Notes: generated by a model not told the origin, from the sequence alone. Positions 28,572 through 41,447 are shown, counted from the whole stretch's first letter. The stretch: DNA of 62,979 nucleotides, filler included, from Octopus bimaculoides (GCF_001194135.2; 4 parts of 3 records of this genome joined end to end with filler, not necessarily neighbours in it), one strand, 5' to 3'. Numbers and translations: made by a program.

Positions 28572-28806
28572 CAGGGCGGCGAGCTGGCAGAAACTTTAGC
28601 ACGCCGGGCGAAATGCTCAGCGGTATTTCGTCTGCCGTTACGTTCTGAGTTCAAATTCCGCCGAGGTCGACTTTGCCTTTCATCCTTTCGGGGTCGATAA
28701 ATTAAGTACCAGTTACGCACTGGGGTCGATATAATCAATTTAATCCGTTTGTCTGTCCTTGTTTGTCCCCTCTATGTTTAGCCCCTTGTGGGCAATAAAG
28801 AAATAA
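28572..28806 (+). mobile_element. Full-length young tRNA-derived SINE with 15-bp TSD
   Basis: GGCGGCGAGCTGGCAGAA head and B box GAGTTCAAATTC; TSD GAAACTAATACTTTT at 28557-28571 and 28807-28821. Confidence 0.95.
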
Positions 28807-30278
28807 GAAACTAATACTTTTTAGATATTCGCGGCCCATCCAACTATTGTATATTCGATACCTTTGATGTTCGGCTAGAAAACTATGTGCTATCGTTTGC
28901 AGAGGAGCCTGGCAGCAGAGAAATTCAAAAACCAGCATGAATGAGAAATTATTTAAATGTAATTAAATAGACACCAATAGCTACCCACTGAATGGCAAAT
29001 GGGTGGTCAAAAGCCTAACATAAAGAGCTGAATAACAGCCCTACGTACAAAACATACACTGTAAAACAGAAAATACCTTCAAGATGAGATTTTACCAGCA
29101 CAAATATTTATTTAAATATCTGGTTAAGAAATCCTCAATCTATCAATCTAAATATGTATAGTGTTTGTATGAATGTGGTTAGGCTCTTTTCAAAATCCAC
29201 TGGTTTGCTTTTAGAAAGAGGAAACCTACACAAACAAGTCTTTTACCGCCATTTCATTAGATGCGTTTTATGCTTAAGTGAAAGATTTCCCCTGTTTTAA
29301 GACAAATCGGTTTTAAACTAAAAATTTGCATTACTAAACTGTTGCATATATTCTTCATACTTTTTGGCATTGTCGCTTCGTTCACCAAGAAAATGATGTT
29401 CATAACCATTTCTCTTTACCACAAATTGTTAGATATCATGAGTAATATTTAGAATATTCTTGCCCTATCTCTACTCTATTGATTCCTTATAATCATCGGA
29501 TTTGATCTTTATGCAATCTTTGTCCAGTATAAACATTTTTTCCTTTGTTTTTTTACACTAACTCTCTTCCACTCCTTTTCCACCACACCAAATTCATTTA
29601 CTTAACTATTTGTGGTACTCATTTGCCGTTATTTTAACATTTTTTATATTTCTGATTTGCAGGCTCTGTTTTTAAATTCTAAAGCAATTGTTGCCTAAGA
29701 GCTTTGCCAAAGCTGTAAATACAAATAACATTCTCTACTAATCCATAATGATTTATTTTATTCAAATTTATTTAGTCCATTTTTCATTCTTATATAGTTT
29801 TTCTTCAATCGTCAAGCGTACAGTCCAACAGATTCTACAATTATGACATGCAATATCCCTGTATCCAATCAGCTTTGAATGTTTATTTGATTATTTGGGG
29901 AAAAAATTATTTACCCATTTAAAACTATTTAAAACTATTGTATTCTTTTCATTTGATTCTCTGAATACAGTCAAAGAAACAAAATTAGGGTGTACAGAGG
30001 GACCAAGAAATGTTAGAAAACATCATAAGAAACACTTAAATTGAAATTGGTGCAGGTATCGGAGCAAATCATAGAACAGGTTACAATGAATACTTAAGAA
30101 AGTAGATAAAGCCGGCTCGTGGTTTAATAGTGACAAGTTGCAAGATGTAATGTTTTGCTGACGCTGCTTCTGAAGATTAACTTACCCTTAAACTTAGGAC
30201 AACGGTGAGGCAAAAATTATGAACTATAGATGCTGGAAAGCAGGCTGACCCTTTAGCTTACAAATAAACAGGCCATAC

Positions 30279-30439
30279 CTTTTTGATGTGACCAGCTCTA
30301 CCAATTGCAATCGTATAGTGTGTAATTTGCTTAAGACAAATTATAAAACTAGAAATGTAGTAAGCAAGATTAAATCTGTAGTGAGCGACTCCAAGAACTC
30401 CGCTACAACATACTGTAGTTGAAACCGCCCCCATTATGG
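30279..30439 (-). CDS. Candidate host exon of unknown gene
   Basis: Acceptor CTCTACTTTTCAG, donor AAG|GTATGG; only one open frame (MGAVSTTVCCSGVLGVAHYRFNLAYY..GHIKK); no recognised homolog. Confidence 0.3.
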
Positions 30440-31462
30440 CTGAAAAGTAGAGGTGAACATGCAAGATTATAATGATAAATAACCTATTTCGGTACTTTAT
30501 CTATATGCAAATGAAAGCTATGATGATATGCTTAACAATATAGAAGTAAAATTCTTTTGAACACACCCATATGACGTAATATATCTTAAATAGAAGATAA
30601 GTACTGTCCGGAAACATCGTAGTGAATTAAAACAGATGAAAGAAAACAACGACTCCACCACCGGCCTCTGACTACAAATAACACCCGACGAGGGCTAACG
30701 CCAGACATACATTATCCATACAATACTAAAAGAAATGCTTTGAATACATATTGATGTGGGTGTGTTTGCAGTTAGACTGAACAACAAAAGGCTTAGATGG
30801 TTTTTCAAGGCAATTGTCCATCTAAACACAATGCTTTCCTGGATAAGGCTTTAGCATCAACGCCTGATTTTTAACTACTGCTTATTAGTTTAAAATTTAC
30901 TCTTTAACAGGTTACTACTTGTACATGCATTTCGATAACTTCCGTTAAGAGGAAATAATCCAGATACTTGTTTAAGTATAAAACAAATATAAGTATTGGA
31001 GAGAAATTATATATTTCAAGCGTGGTTCATTGTTGTTACCCGTTCAGACTTACAGCTGAGACTGGGTTCCTATTCCAGTATGAAAACTTATTTACACTCT
31101 ACCCTGTGCATCTTCCCATAAGTATGTGTAAATATTGTTATGTCGTTAACAGGAAAAATTATTGTTTCCAAATATATTTCGTTTCTAAACCTAGACACAA
31201 ACTTTGTGCAACTCCATCAATGTAGTCCCATGGTAATATGTTAGTCGAAGATAAGCAGTAGTCAAAGGCGGTCCCTTACCTCTGTTGGTCTTAATCAACT
31301 GTGATAACAAAGTGAAATTATAGCTACATTGTATGTAAAAATGCTTGTCTATATGCATATATATGTGTGTGTATGCATACGAGAGTATGTGCATATGTGT
31401 ATGAACTTTTGTATACACATAGACAGATAGAGACAGAGAGGGAGAAAGTTAGTGATATATTT

Positions 31463-31504
<42 letters not shown>

Positions 31505-31607
31505 NNNNNNNNNNNNNNNNNNNNNNNNNNNNNNNNNNNNNNNNNNNNNNNNNNNNNNNNNNNNNNNNNNNNNNNNNNNNNNNNNNNNNNNNNNNNNNNN
31601 NNNNNNN

Positions 31608-31639
<32 letters not shown>

Positions 31640-32072
31640 GCACTCATCTATACATATTTACATACAACTACGTGTGCATATGAGCGTATACATGTGAATT
31701 AATATATATTTATGTATATATATGCGTGTGTGTGTATGTATGTATATTAATATATATATATGCATATATGTATAATATGTGTGTGTCTGTGTGTGTGTTT
31801 GTGTGTGTATAGGCACAATCAATACACATTTGCATACAATTATATGTGTGGAATGTGTACGCATGTCTGTACGTGTTTGGTGTGTATCTGAAGGATTTTT
31901 CTTGAAATCCTACCCTCAGATTCAACAAATACATCTCACCAAAAGGATTTGCACCAATACCAATATTTGTTTGCTTTCCTCTGCATTGTCAATAAATATT
32001 CTCCAACCTTCCAAGCTGCTGACGCATTCTGTTATTCCAGCTCTTAGCAAATATCGACGATCATTCTGTGCG

Positions 32073-32171
<99 letters not shown>

Positions 32172-32958
32172 CGCGCGTGTGTATGTGTGTGTGTGTGTGT
32201 ATGTGTGTGTGTGTGCGTGTGTGCATGTGTCTCCAGATTATTAAATCCCAATATTTCCTATTAATATAAACAGATTTAAACCTTTGCTAACTATATTCCA
32301 CCATTCTTCTATGTGTGCATCAATTAAATTCTAAATTAAATGAGAATATATGTTAGTTTTCTAAAGCAACAATAACTTTGTTATTTATCGATAATATTAA
32401 GATGAGATTTATACGCACAATAAAAGATTTTGTCTCAAAAGTACCCTAATAGCAGATAGGTACAAGATATTTCGAAATATGAATTTGTTTAAATGTTGAA
32501 ATATAACCGTATAAAGTTAGTTATAATCAATTCTATAATAGACTACATAGCATTATATTATATTATGTAGCATAATTCACTAATGTTGTTTTCTTTATTC
32601 TCCTGTTTCCTTAGCTAACACGTTGCGGAGAATTTTGTCTTTGCTGCTTGAATTAGAAAACGTAGATGTATATTGTCACTAGATTTTGAATGATCAGATT
32701 ATAGACAGACTCCGGCGTCTGAATATTTTGAAATATCTTGCAAGTTTTCTCTCCGCTCTTTGGAAATCATGGCTTTCACTACTGCTGTTTGACATTGTTT
32801 GTACACTCAGAAATTGAAACATCCGGTTCAAATTTCATTATGCATTATGTTTGTTGCTTCTCTTCGTTTGTTTCATTTGAAAATCATTCTGTTGTGTGAT
32901 GGAGGAAAAAGACAACGGAAAAAGAAGCAAAAGGGAGAAAGAAATACAGAGACCTTAC

Positions 32959-33200
32959 CTGTTGATCGAGGCGGGATGAGCGATCACTGTCCTTATCGTC
33001 AAGAAAAACACGTCTTCCCACACTCGCCGTCTCACGTCGAACTGCTCGACGGGCTTTCTGCCCACGCATACCCCCGTGGCTCTTCCGCCGGTCCCTGCAG
33101 TCTTCACTTCCGTTTACTTCATCTGCACCAACACCACATAGCTCATCACAGCCCATAACGCCACACGTTCAAACTTAGAAACGTTGTCACTAAAGCTGAA
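32959..33200 (-). other. CpG-rich candidate exon with strong donor CAG|GTAAGG
   Basis: GC/CpG-rich island in an AT-rich context; 66-codon open frame from ATG 33156 to a phase-0 donor at 32959; product not recognised and left boundary uncertain. Confidence 0.4.
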
Positions 33201-33499
33201 GCTTAATTTTACAATTATTCATAAAAGTGCAAGCAGAGCAGCACTAAAAATTACAGGCCAATACCACTATCTTTATACGTCAACAGAGTTATGAAACATA
33301 TTATGAGAAGGATTTTTATGTTCTTTAAAGAAAATTACTTGCTGACATTCAGCATGGCTTTCATCCTGGTTGATGCTTAACACATTTACTACAGCATTAT
33401 GTCTGAGAATTTAAAAAGTAGTTTAATCATCCGATTTGTGTTTATTGTCGTAAAAGAAGGCCTGCCATCTCATTCTCCGGATAAGATTATTTGTTTTGC

Positions 33500-33870
33500 T
33501 AAGTAAAAGTAGGAGAAAAGCTTTTTGAGATGGAATGGGTATATCCTTCAATTTTAAACACAGGTATTATGCACATTTAAACTCATTTAAATACAAAGAG
33601 AATAGCAATTCCACATCACTAACCAGCCATGAACACCATCTAATTAATAGAAAATGCAGTATAAACTTTCCTGTGCTATATCAGGACCAACACTCCAGTT
33701 GCGGATTTCGTTTAAAAGAAGCTCTCAAGATTCTAACCCACAACTCACCACAATTGCTTAACAAATACAACGAGGCCTTCACTGCGTGTATGCACAAATT
33801 TTCCGAACTTTTAAATTCTTTCATAAATCTAGATCTAAACTCTCTCCCATGAATAGCACCCACATACAAA
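33500..33870 (+). mobile_element. Penelope-like GIY-YIG C-terminal fragment
   Basis: GISFNFKHRYYAHLNSFKYKENSNSTSL..LKEALKIL..LLNKYNE..CMHK. Confidence 0.8.
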
Positions 33871-35049
33871 CCCTTATAATCATTAACACATACCCCATCT
33901 TTATCTCTATAACTCTTATTTCTACTTTATGTCTTACCTCATTTCTATCTACCTTACCTCATTACACTATAAGATATTCATTCTTTAATTTATCCTTAAT
34001 TTACTTTTAAACCTTAACCCAATAAATCCCCTAATATAAACCTCCTAACTCTAACTCCTGCTCATAAATAATTTAACATTCAACTAGGTCTTCTTTTCTC
34101 GACTACCTACATACCCTTAGCCCCATTGCTAAACAAAACTCTACAGCCACTAACCTTAGTCAGAACAGACACAGCATTTACTACTAAATGTTCTCTCCAA
34201 CAACTTTAGACTTTAAGACTACAAGAATCTACTACTCTCTTTCAATTCCTTTCATTTTGCTCTATTTTTTTACCCTGCCTTCCTCTACCTCCTTATCCTC
34301 TCTCTTATCTTCTCGGCTATCCCGTACACAATTCTTTGACACCATACACCTATACACCTTACTTTATCCTATAGCCAATCCTTCAAATCCCCCCACCTCA
34401 TTCTATCTACCTCTCTCTTTCTTTTCTTTACTTTTACGACTTAATAGCCACCTCCGCTACCATTCTGTTATTGAACGTTGATATGCTTGCACCTTTTTTC
34501 TTGGATGTCTACTATATCAGAATTTTAACCCACATGGATATACGCAAAATTGCACCTAAAGACTTACACTCATGGATCTACGAAGGATTGCACCTAATGA
34601 CTCATGCTCTGGTTTCTATAACTTCGGAAAGTTGAACTATGAACTTTTATGCTTCTTTTTTCTTTTTTCTTTCCGTCTCCTTATTCCTTTACTCCCTTCC
34701 TCTATGTCGTCATCTTATTAATATATATACCATTCTCATTTTTCCTATTTTTCCCCTATTTGTCTCTTATGACGGAATATCCCATACTCGGGGATATCCC
34801 AGAAACAGGTGTAAGATTTTGAATTTCTTCCTATAATAATATCGTATATGACTTGAGATGTTTGCTTTGCGTTAATGTTTGCTGTCTTGTTTAACAATTA
34901 TATATCCGCTGCATTAGAAATCTGCAATGGCTCCATAATGTCTCGGCTATAACCTTGAAGCCCCTGTAATCCGTCACAGTACTTACCTGGCATACCTAAT
35001 CGTTTACATCACCTGTGAACTAAACCCCCATACTTTGTGTGTGTATATG

Positions 35050-35119
<70 letters not shown>

Positions 35120-35507
35120 NNNNNNNNNNNNNNNNNNNNNNNNNNNNNNNNNNNNNNNNNNNNNNNNNNNNNNNNNNNNNNNNNNNNNNNNNNNNNNNNN
35201 NNNNNNNNNNNNNNNNNNNNNNNNNNNNNNNNNNNNNNNNNNNNNNNNNNNNNNNNNNNNNNNNNNNNNNNNNNNNNNNNNNNNNNNNNNNNNNNNNNNN
35301 NNNNNNNNNNNNNNNNNNNNNNNNNNNNNNNNNNNNNNNNNNNNNNNNNNNNNNNNNNNNNNNNNNNNNNNNNNNNNNNGCTACTTTTGCAGATGTTCGA
35401 GGCGATCGAGTCAGGCAGACAGGCAGACAGGCAGACAGGCAGACAGGTGATTTCCGTAGTGATGAGAATCATCGAGAACATCAGATGATACCATTACGTT
35501 TCTAACA

Positions 35508-35800
35508 ATGAAATGCGTACCTGCAGCCACCTACTTCATATCTATCCATTGCATATGCTGGTGCGGACACGTCCTCCACCTCCTTCCAGATCTTCATACT
35601 GGGGCCTTACTCTCATTCGATACAGAAGCTGCGGGTCGGAAGAAGCCTTGTGGGAGACACCGCACCAGTTGGACGGACGTGATTAAGAAAGATCTCCAGA
35701 GGCTTGACATCTTCTTGGAAGATGCATGGGGGCTGGCACGGGACCGCCAACAATGTGGACCGCCAACAATAGGGACCACTGGTAGACCTGGTCGGCTCTA
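35508..35800 (+). mobile_element. RTE-like LINE 3' end of ORF
   Basis: WCGHVLHL..GRKKPCGRHRTSWTDVIKKDL..LARDRQQ matches the RTE C-terminal WxGHVxR..GRPxxxWxDxIxKDL..AxDR pattern. Confidence 0.75.
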
Positions 35801-37714
35801 CGCACGATAGCGCCTCTGGGACCAACACCTTGGGATGATCCCAGTCATATTAAGCAAGAGCATGAAGCAAAACATGACAATAGTAGAAGGTGTTAAAATA
35901 TCTTGAGCTTTCAGAGCTTTCAATATTCACCTAATGCTACCGAGGTCTTGATATCCTGAGTTTCCATTCCACAGTAAGGGCATATATGTTTTGTATTTAT
36001 AAATATACTACACTATCCATTATTTTCTTTTTCATGTTTATTGTGTGTTAGAGTCTCAGAAAATATTAATTTCTTCAGAAATGGATATTTGTTTAGGGTT
36101 TATCTTCTCTCCATATAAGCAGAGAACTATCACAATCTAAAAATAGAGAACATAAATTATTGTATTTCAACAAGAAAATAAATACAAAAAATACCTTAAA
36201 ATGCTTAATAATATTCTTTATGATTTTCAAATTATCTTTGCTAATCCCAAACATCACGGCATACAGAACTTGAAATAACGTAAAAAAATTGCTTATCAAG
36301 ATTTTCTGCTTTTGTTTTTACTGTTTTTCATAATAAATTGAAATTCAAACGATTAAGATTATAAGCTGAATGAAAAATAAAGAGATATTTAGCAATTGTT
36401 GTTCTCTCTTATAGAAATCAAACCACGCCGAATAAAATACTTATTTAGTACCAGATCAGCAATGAGGAAATCACTCAGAATCGCTCTTTGGACATTTACG
36501 CGCAATTTCTTCTGTTCTAGGAAGAGAAATAGAGACAGAGATAGGTGGCAGTATATCAATGTGAGGAAGGACGCATATGCTCCTTCAATAATAGAGTTTC
36601 TAAAATGTTGGCGAAAACCTTCTGTTCAGTAATAGGTGTATGCAATATATTATATTATAGAATTACCTTAGACACAAAATTATCAGTCGGAGGGACTGGA
36701 CAAGTCTGGGAGGCAAATTAATGCCTTCTTTCCACTTATACATGCACACACTCAAAACCTTTACCCACATGTACCCCGCAATTATGTAGTGACTCATCAA
36801 AATTACTAGGTAACTGGTTCTCAGTGTGTAAATAGAATAAACTCCTTCACACAGTTTATTTCATGTGAAACATATATTCAGCCTTATCGATTGATTGCAA
36901 GAATGTTTTCTGCTTTTCTTATGCTTTAAATGGTAGAGTGATGAGAAACTTATTTATCTATGTAGAAATGGATGTTTTCAAAGCTGCCAGTTTATGTCAA
37001 ATATATAAATTAAATAGTAACAGATGACCGATCGGAAAATTTAGTTGTTCGTACGCATATATCGTCAAAAAAGGAAGAGTAGGAGATCTGCAAGAGAGAC
37101 GGGTAAAGGAGTGAGAAGTTACAACACTAGTTGCTACAGAAGGAAGCAACACATCAGATTATCAAATTATCCTTATTCTACCTGAACTGAATGCTTGCTA
37201 CTATGCCAACGGCCCCAAAAGGCAAGAAAATCTGTTAAAAATGGGAGGCAGATTAAATCTACCAAGTGTACTGTCTAGAATAGTTTGCCAAATAAAACAC
37301 AATTCCCAAAACTCTGTACATCTAGGTGCAATTAAGCTATAAAATATATTAGAATATTATAGACTAGAATAGAATGTTACAGAATAGGCAATGGAAGCAC
37401 TGAATAATTGATAAATGTTGGATTACTTTCCAGGTTTGAATTCAATATTATCTTGTATGTGTATCACTTGGTTCAGATTCTCTCAGGTTTTCCACTCTCA
37501 TGAATATGCATTAGTAATTGCTACTATACCGTACGCATAAATCTCCTTACTTATGCCTCCAGACAGACTCTGGTAACTCACAAAAGCCCATTAACTTGAG
37601 TTTCAACACCGATATCCAACACGCTACAAATAGCAGTCAAATCACCATCGAATCACACACAACCGTCTGAAATAAAGGATTCATGAGAGATTATCTTAAA
37701 TAATAGTTTCTGGT

Positions 37715-37912
37715 TTATGCAAAAAGCTCAAGCAATTATTTCACCCGGATCGATCAATGACAACATTGGTTGACTAGTACTTATTTTATCGACCCCCACC
37801 CCCTAATAGATGAAAGACAAAGTTGATCTCGATAAAATTTGAATTCTGAACATGAAAAAACGCCGCTATGAATTTTGGCCGGCGTTCTAACGATTCTACC
37901 AGCTAGCCGCCT
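37715..37912 (-). mobile_element. Diverged SINE (family of 28572)
   Basis: rc GGCGGCTAGCTGGTAGAATCGTTAGAACGCCGG head; TACTTATTTTATCGACCCC body. Confidence 0.85.
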
Positions 37913-37929
37913 TAATAATAATTGCAATG

Positions 37930-37970
<41 letters not shown>

Positions 37971-38520
37971 CCTTTCTACTGGAGGAACACGGCCTCAAAT
38001 TTGTGGGGAGGGGGATCACCCCAAAATGAGGCTTGGGTTAACAAACGTCAGCCGCCACACCTACCCCAGAAGAGGCAGCTGGCTTTCAAAACGATTTTAC
38101 CAACAAAATACAGTATAGAACTGTATTTTAAAACAAGCGAGTTAAGCATAAACTTACAGCGCTCCAAAAGCATACCTCCAGTTAGGCAAGAAGAAGAAGA
38201 AGAAAATACATGTAAANNNNNNNNNNNNNNNNNNNNNNNNNNNNNNNNNNNNNNNNNNNNNNNNNNNNNNNNNNNNNNNNNNNNNNNNNNNNNNNNNNNN
38301 NNNNNNNNNNNNNNNNNNNNNNNNNNNNNNNNNNNNNNNNNNNNNNNNNNNNNNNNNNNNNNNNNNNNNNNNNNNNNNNNNNNNNNNNNNNNNNNNNNNN
38401 NNNNNNNNNNNNNNNNNNNNNNNNNNNNNNNNNNNNNNNNNNNNNNNNNNNNNNNNNNNNNNNNNNNNNNNNNNNNNNNNNNNNNNNNNNNNNNNNNNNN
38501 NNNNNNNNNNNNNNNNNNNN

Positions 38521-38765
38521 GGTTTCGATTACCAGACCGGGCGTTTTAAGTGTTTATTGAGTGAAAACACCTAAGCTCCACGAGGCTTCGGCAGGGGGGG
38601 TGACCCCTGTTGTACTCTTTCGTCCCAACTTTCTCTCACTCTTTCTTCTTGTTTCTTGAGTAACGTTGCGATGGACTGGCGTCCCGTCCAGCTGGAGGGA
38701 ACACTACGCCATAGAAACCGGGAAACCGGGCCCATGAGCCTGGCTAGGCTTTGAAAGGGCGAAAA
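38521..38765 (+). mobile_element. SINE with the head of the 27109 family but a different 3' module
   Basis: GGTTTCGATTACCAGACCGGGCGTT..GAAAACACCTAA matches the 27109 head; the tail instead contains GCGATGGACTGGCGTCCCGTCCAG; 5' end lost in a gap. Confidence 0.75.
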
Positions 38766-39200
38766 AGAGAACTGAACAATATAGCTAGTACAACTAACTG
38801 TCTAACTGGCTTGTCAGCAAACTAAACGGATATTTATCTCTTTAGCTTCAGTTTATGGATGCTCGAACACATGCTTCCATGGATACACATACACACACGC
38901 ACACACGCACACATACACGCGCGCGCTTACACACTCACACACATAACTAGTAGGCAGAATCTTTTAATGGTTTACATCTTATAGATACGTTCATACTGCC
39001 GATATCAGAGTGTGAGTTGGCCACACTTGGCACCAGAGGAAGTTTATGATAATCTTAGATTTACTGCGTCCGACATGATATACACAAGCATACAGGTACA
39101 TGCACACCCGCACTCGCATATATACACACATACGCAGCATATACATACATATATATATATATANNNNNNNNNNAATGTATATACATACATAAATACATAA

Positions 39201-39236
<36 letters not shown>

Positions 39237-40440
39237 CCACATACATGTACACGCATATATATACTTATATATGTACATACATATATATATATGTGCATAT
39301 TATATCAATATATATGTGTGTGTGTCTACGTATCTGTGCAGACACACACACATGTATGTATGTTGTAAGTATGTATCTATTCATGTATGCATGTATATAT
39401 GTATATATATGCATGCATGCATATATATCTATATATACTTTATCGTAACCTAGGATCGTTCATGTCTCAGAAAAGGTATTTTTATTGCCGTTTAATGTAT
39501 GACGCCATTCTCAACACAACTTTTTTTTATCTTATCGGCTTCTTTTACTTTTATAATTTGCATCTCTCTTTATGCTTCCTCTGCTGCTGCTGCTGTTGTG
39601 GCAGATGCTACAGCTGTTGTAGCTTATTCTCAATCCCTCTGCCTTCTTCCTTCCTGATCTTCCACTACTTTTTCTCCGTCGAAATTGCTTTGTAATCATC
39701 ATCGTCATTATCCTTATCATCATTATTACTGTGATCATCGTCGTCGACGTCGTCGTCAACATCATCAACAATAGCATCGTCATTGTTATCGCTTTCTTGT
39801 TCTTTATTCTTTTAGAAAGTATGGTGGTTGTTATTTACTTAAAATACTCGGGGTCTGGTTCAGGCCAGAACTTCAGATGGATAAGAACTTGGAAGTGGAT
39901 TCGAGCCTATTGGCCAGACTCATTCATAGATGGGTCGAGAACTCTAACAGTAACAACGATAATGAAGACATCGATGTACTTGAGATGGATGTCTTTAGCA
40001 TGACACGGCTTTCCGCAGTCCGTTTCTTTGACCGAATATGAAATGATGGCTGAAACATAAACTGAAGTTGAACGTCAGGCAACTATATTTTTCTCTGGCG
40101 CTTAAGCATTGTATCGGCTGGTCAACACCCTCAGGTGGAAAACAACCGTTGTGTTCATTTGAATGTTAATAAAGTGAATGGACGACTATGGTTTGAGCGT
40201 CGACAACTGCTTCAGGTGTTTTTTCTTCTTTCTCGAATTAGGTAAAAAAAACATTGTCAGATTGATGCAAATTCTACAGGCATCGGTAGTTTTAGACAAG
40301 CACATCACTATCATCGTAATCAGCAGAAAGCAGTGAGAAGTGACAGAAGGGTTACCTTTGGCATCAAATTCATTACCATCATAATCCTAATTGTCCTCGT
40401 TTTAGTCACTGTCTCGTCACATCTGATGTCATTATTGCTA

Positions 40441-40523
40441 TGTTCGACAAATGTTTAGCGGCATTTCTTCCGACTTGGCGTTTTGAGTTCAAATTCCGCC
40501 GAGGTCGGTTTTTCGCTGTTGAT
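40441..40523 (+). mobile_element. SINE fragment (family of 28572)
   Basis: TGAGTTCAAATTCCGCCGAGGTCG is identical to 28646-28669. Confidence 0.8.
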
Positions 40524-40539
40524 AATATATATATATATA

Positions 40540-40576
<37 letters not shown>

Positions 40577-41239
40577 TATAATATAAGAAATAACGATAAG
40601 GGATCGATTAACCCCATTCCTGTTAAAACCTCTTGAGGGATGACCTTACCACGACGATTATTATTATTATTACTGCTGCTACTTATTCGACTGATGCTGC
40701 TTATTCGACTGCTCTAGCCACTCCTTTTGAAAACAATCTTGACCAGATTACTTAATTTACCATCACAGACAGTGCCACTAGTCATGCCACGAAAATTAAA
40801 GGAATTTACCACCTGCTCTTACAGGAAAAAGAGAAGTACACTATCAACGTTTATTTTAATAATTTTATGAATAACTTTTTCTCTACATCTTAGTACATAT
40901 TTTTGATAAGGTTTTTCAACAACCGAAACGTGTAAAACAAAAGCATCTTTTAATGTATTTATATAAAGAAATTCAAATGTACCTAATCTAAAACAGTAGC
41001 ATTTTCGTTCTTCTTTTTCATATATACATATTAATAAAATAGATGACAAAAAAGATTTTATTTAGTACTAAATAAAATCTTTTTTTTTTCATCTATTTTA
41101 TTAACACTGTTACCTCAACCTCCACTATGGTGTTCCTGCAATCTACGGATAATAACAGGTAATCGAAACTGTGCTGGTGCTTTACTCATCATCTACTTAT
41201 ACATTTTGTATAATTTCTCCATTATATATATATATATAT

Positions 41240-41447
41240 ATATATATGATTGACCATTGACTGGACACTATTCAATTTTTTTTCTCCGTGTTTTTCTCCT
41301 TGTCTCCGTATTCTTTCTGTTGAAGAGCGTAGCTCGAAACGTCAAAGACTTTCCGTATTCCCGAGCGTCATACTAATATATACTTTTGTTATTTACACCA
41401 CCTGTCCTCGTCTGTTGTTGTTTTTTCGTATATTCTCCCATATATAN
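41240..41447 (+). mobile_element. Short (TA)n-flanked repeat carrying the hammerhead-like motif (probable PLE terminal repeat)
   Basis: Starts (TA)n-TGATTG like the minus-strand copy near 18120 and ends in TA repeats. Confidence 0.65.
41312..41348 (+). ncRNA. Minimal hammerhead-ribozyme-like motif, copy 2
   Basis: UCUUU CUGUUGA A GAGC GUA GCUC GAAAC GUC AAAGA: 5-bp stem I (UCUUU/AAAGA), 4-bp stem II, GUC cleavage triplet, A6U core. Confidence 0.7.

Noticed and set aside
30680-30710. CCGACGAG-GGC-TAAC-GCC hairpin resembling a hammerhead
   Set aside because: U4 and the GAAA core are absent; too degenerate to support.
39830-40230. Possible decayed LINE fragment on the minus strand
   Set aside because: No diagnostic motif could be read with confidence.
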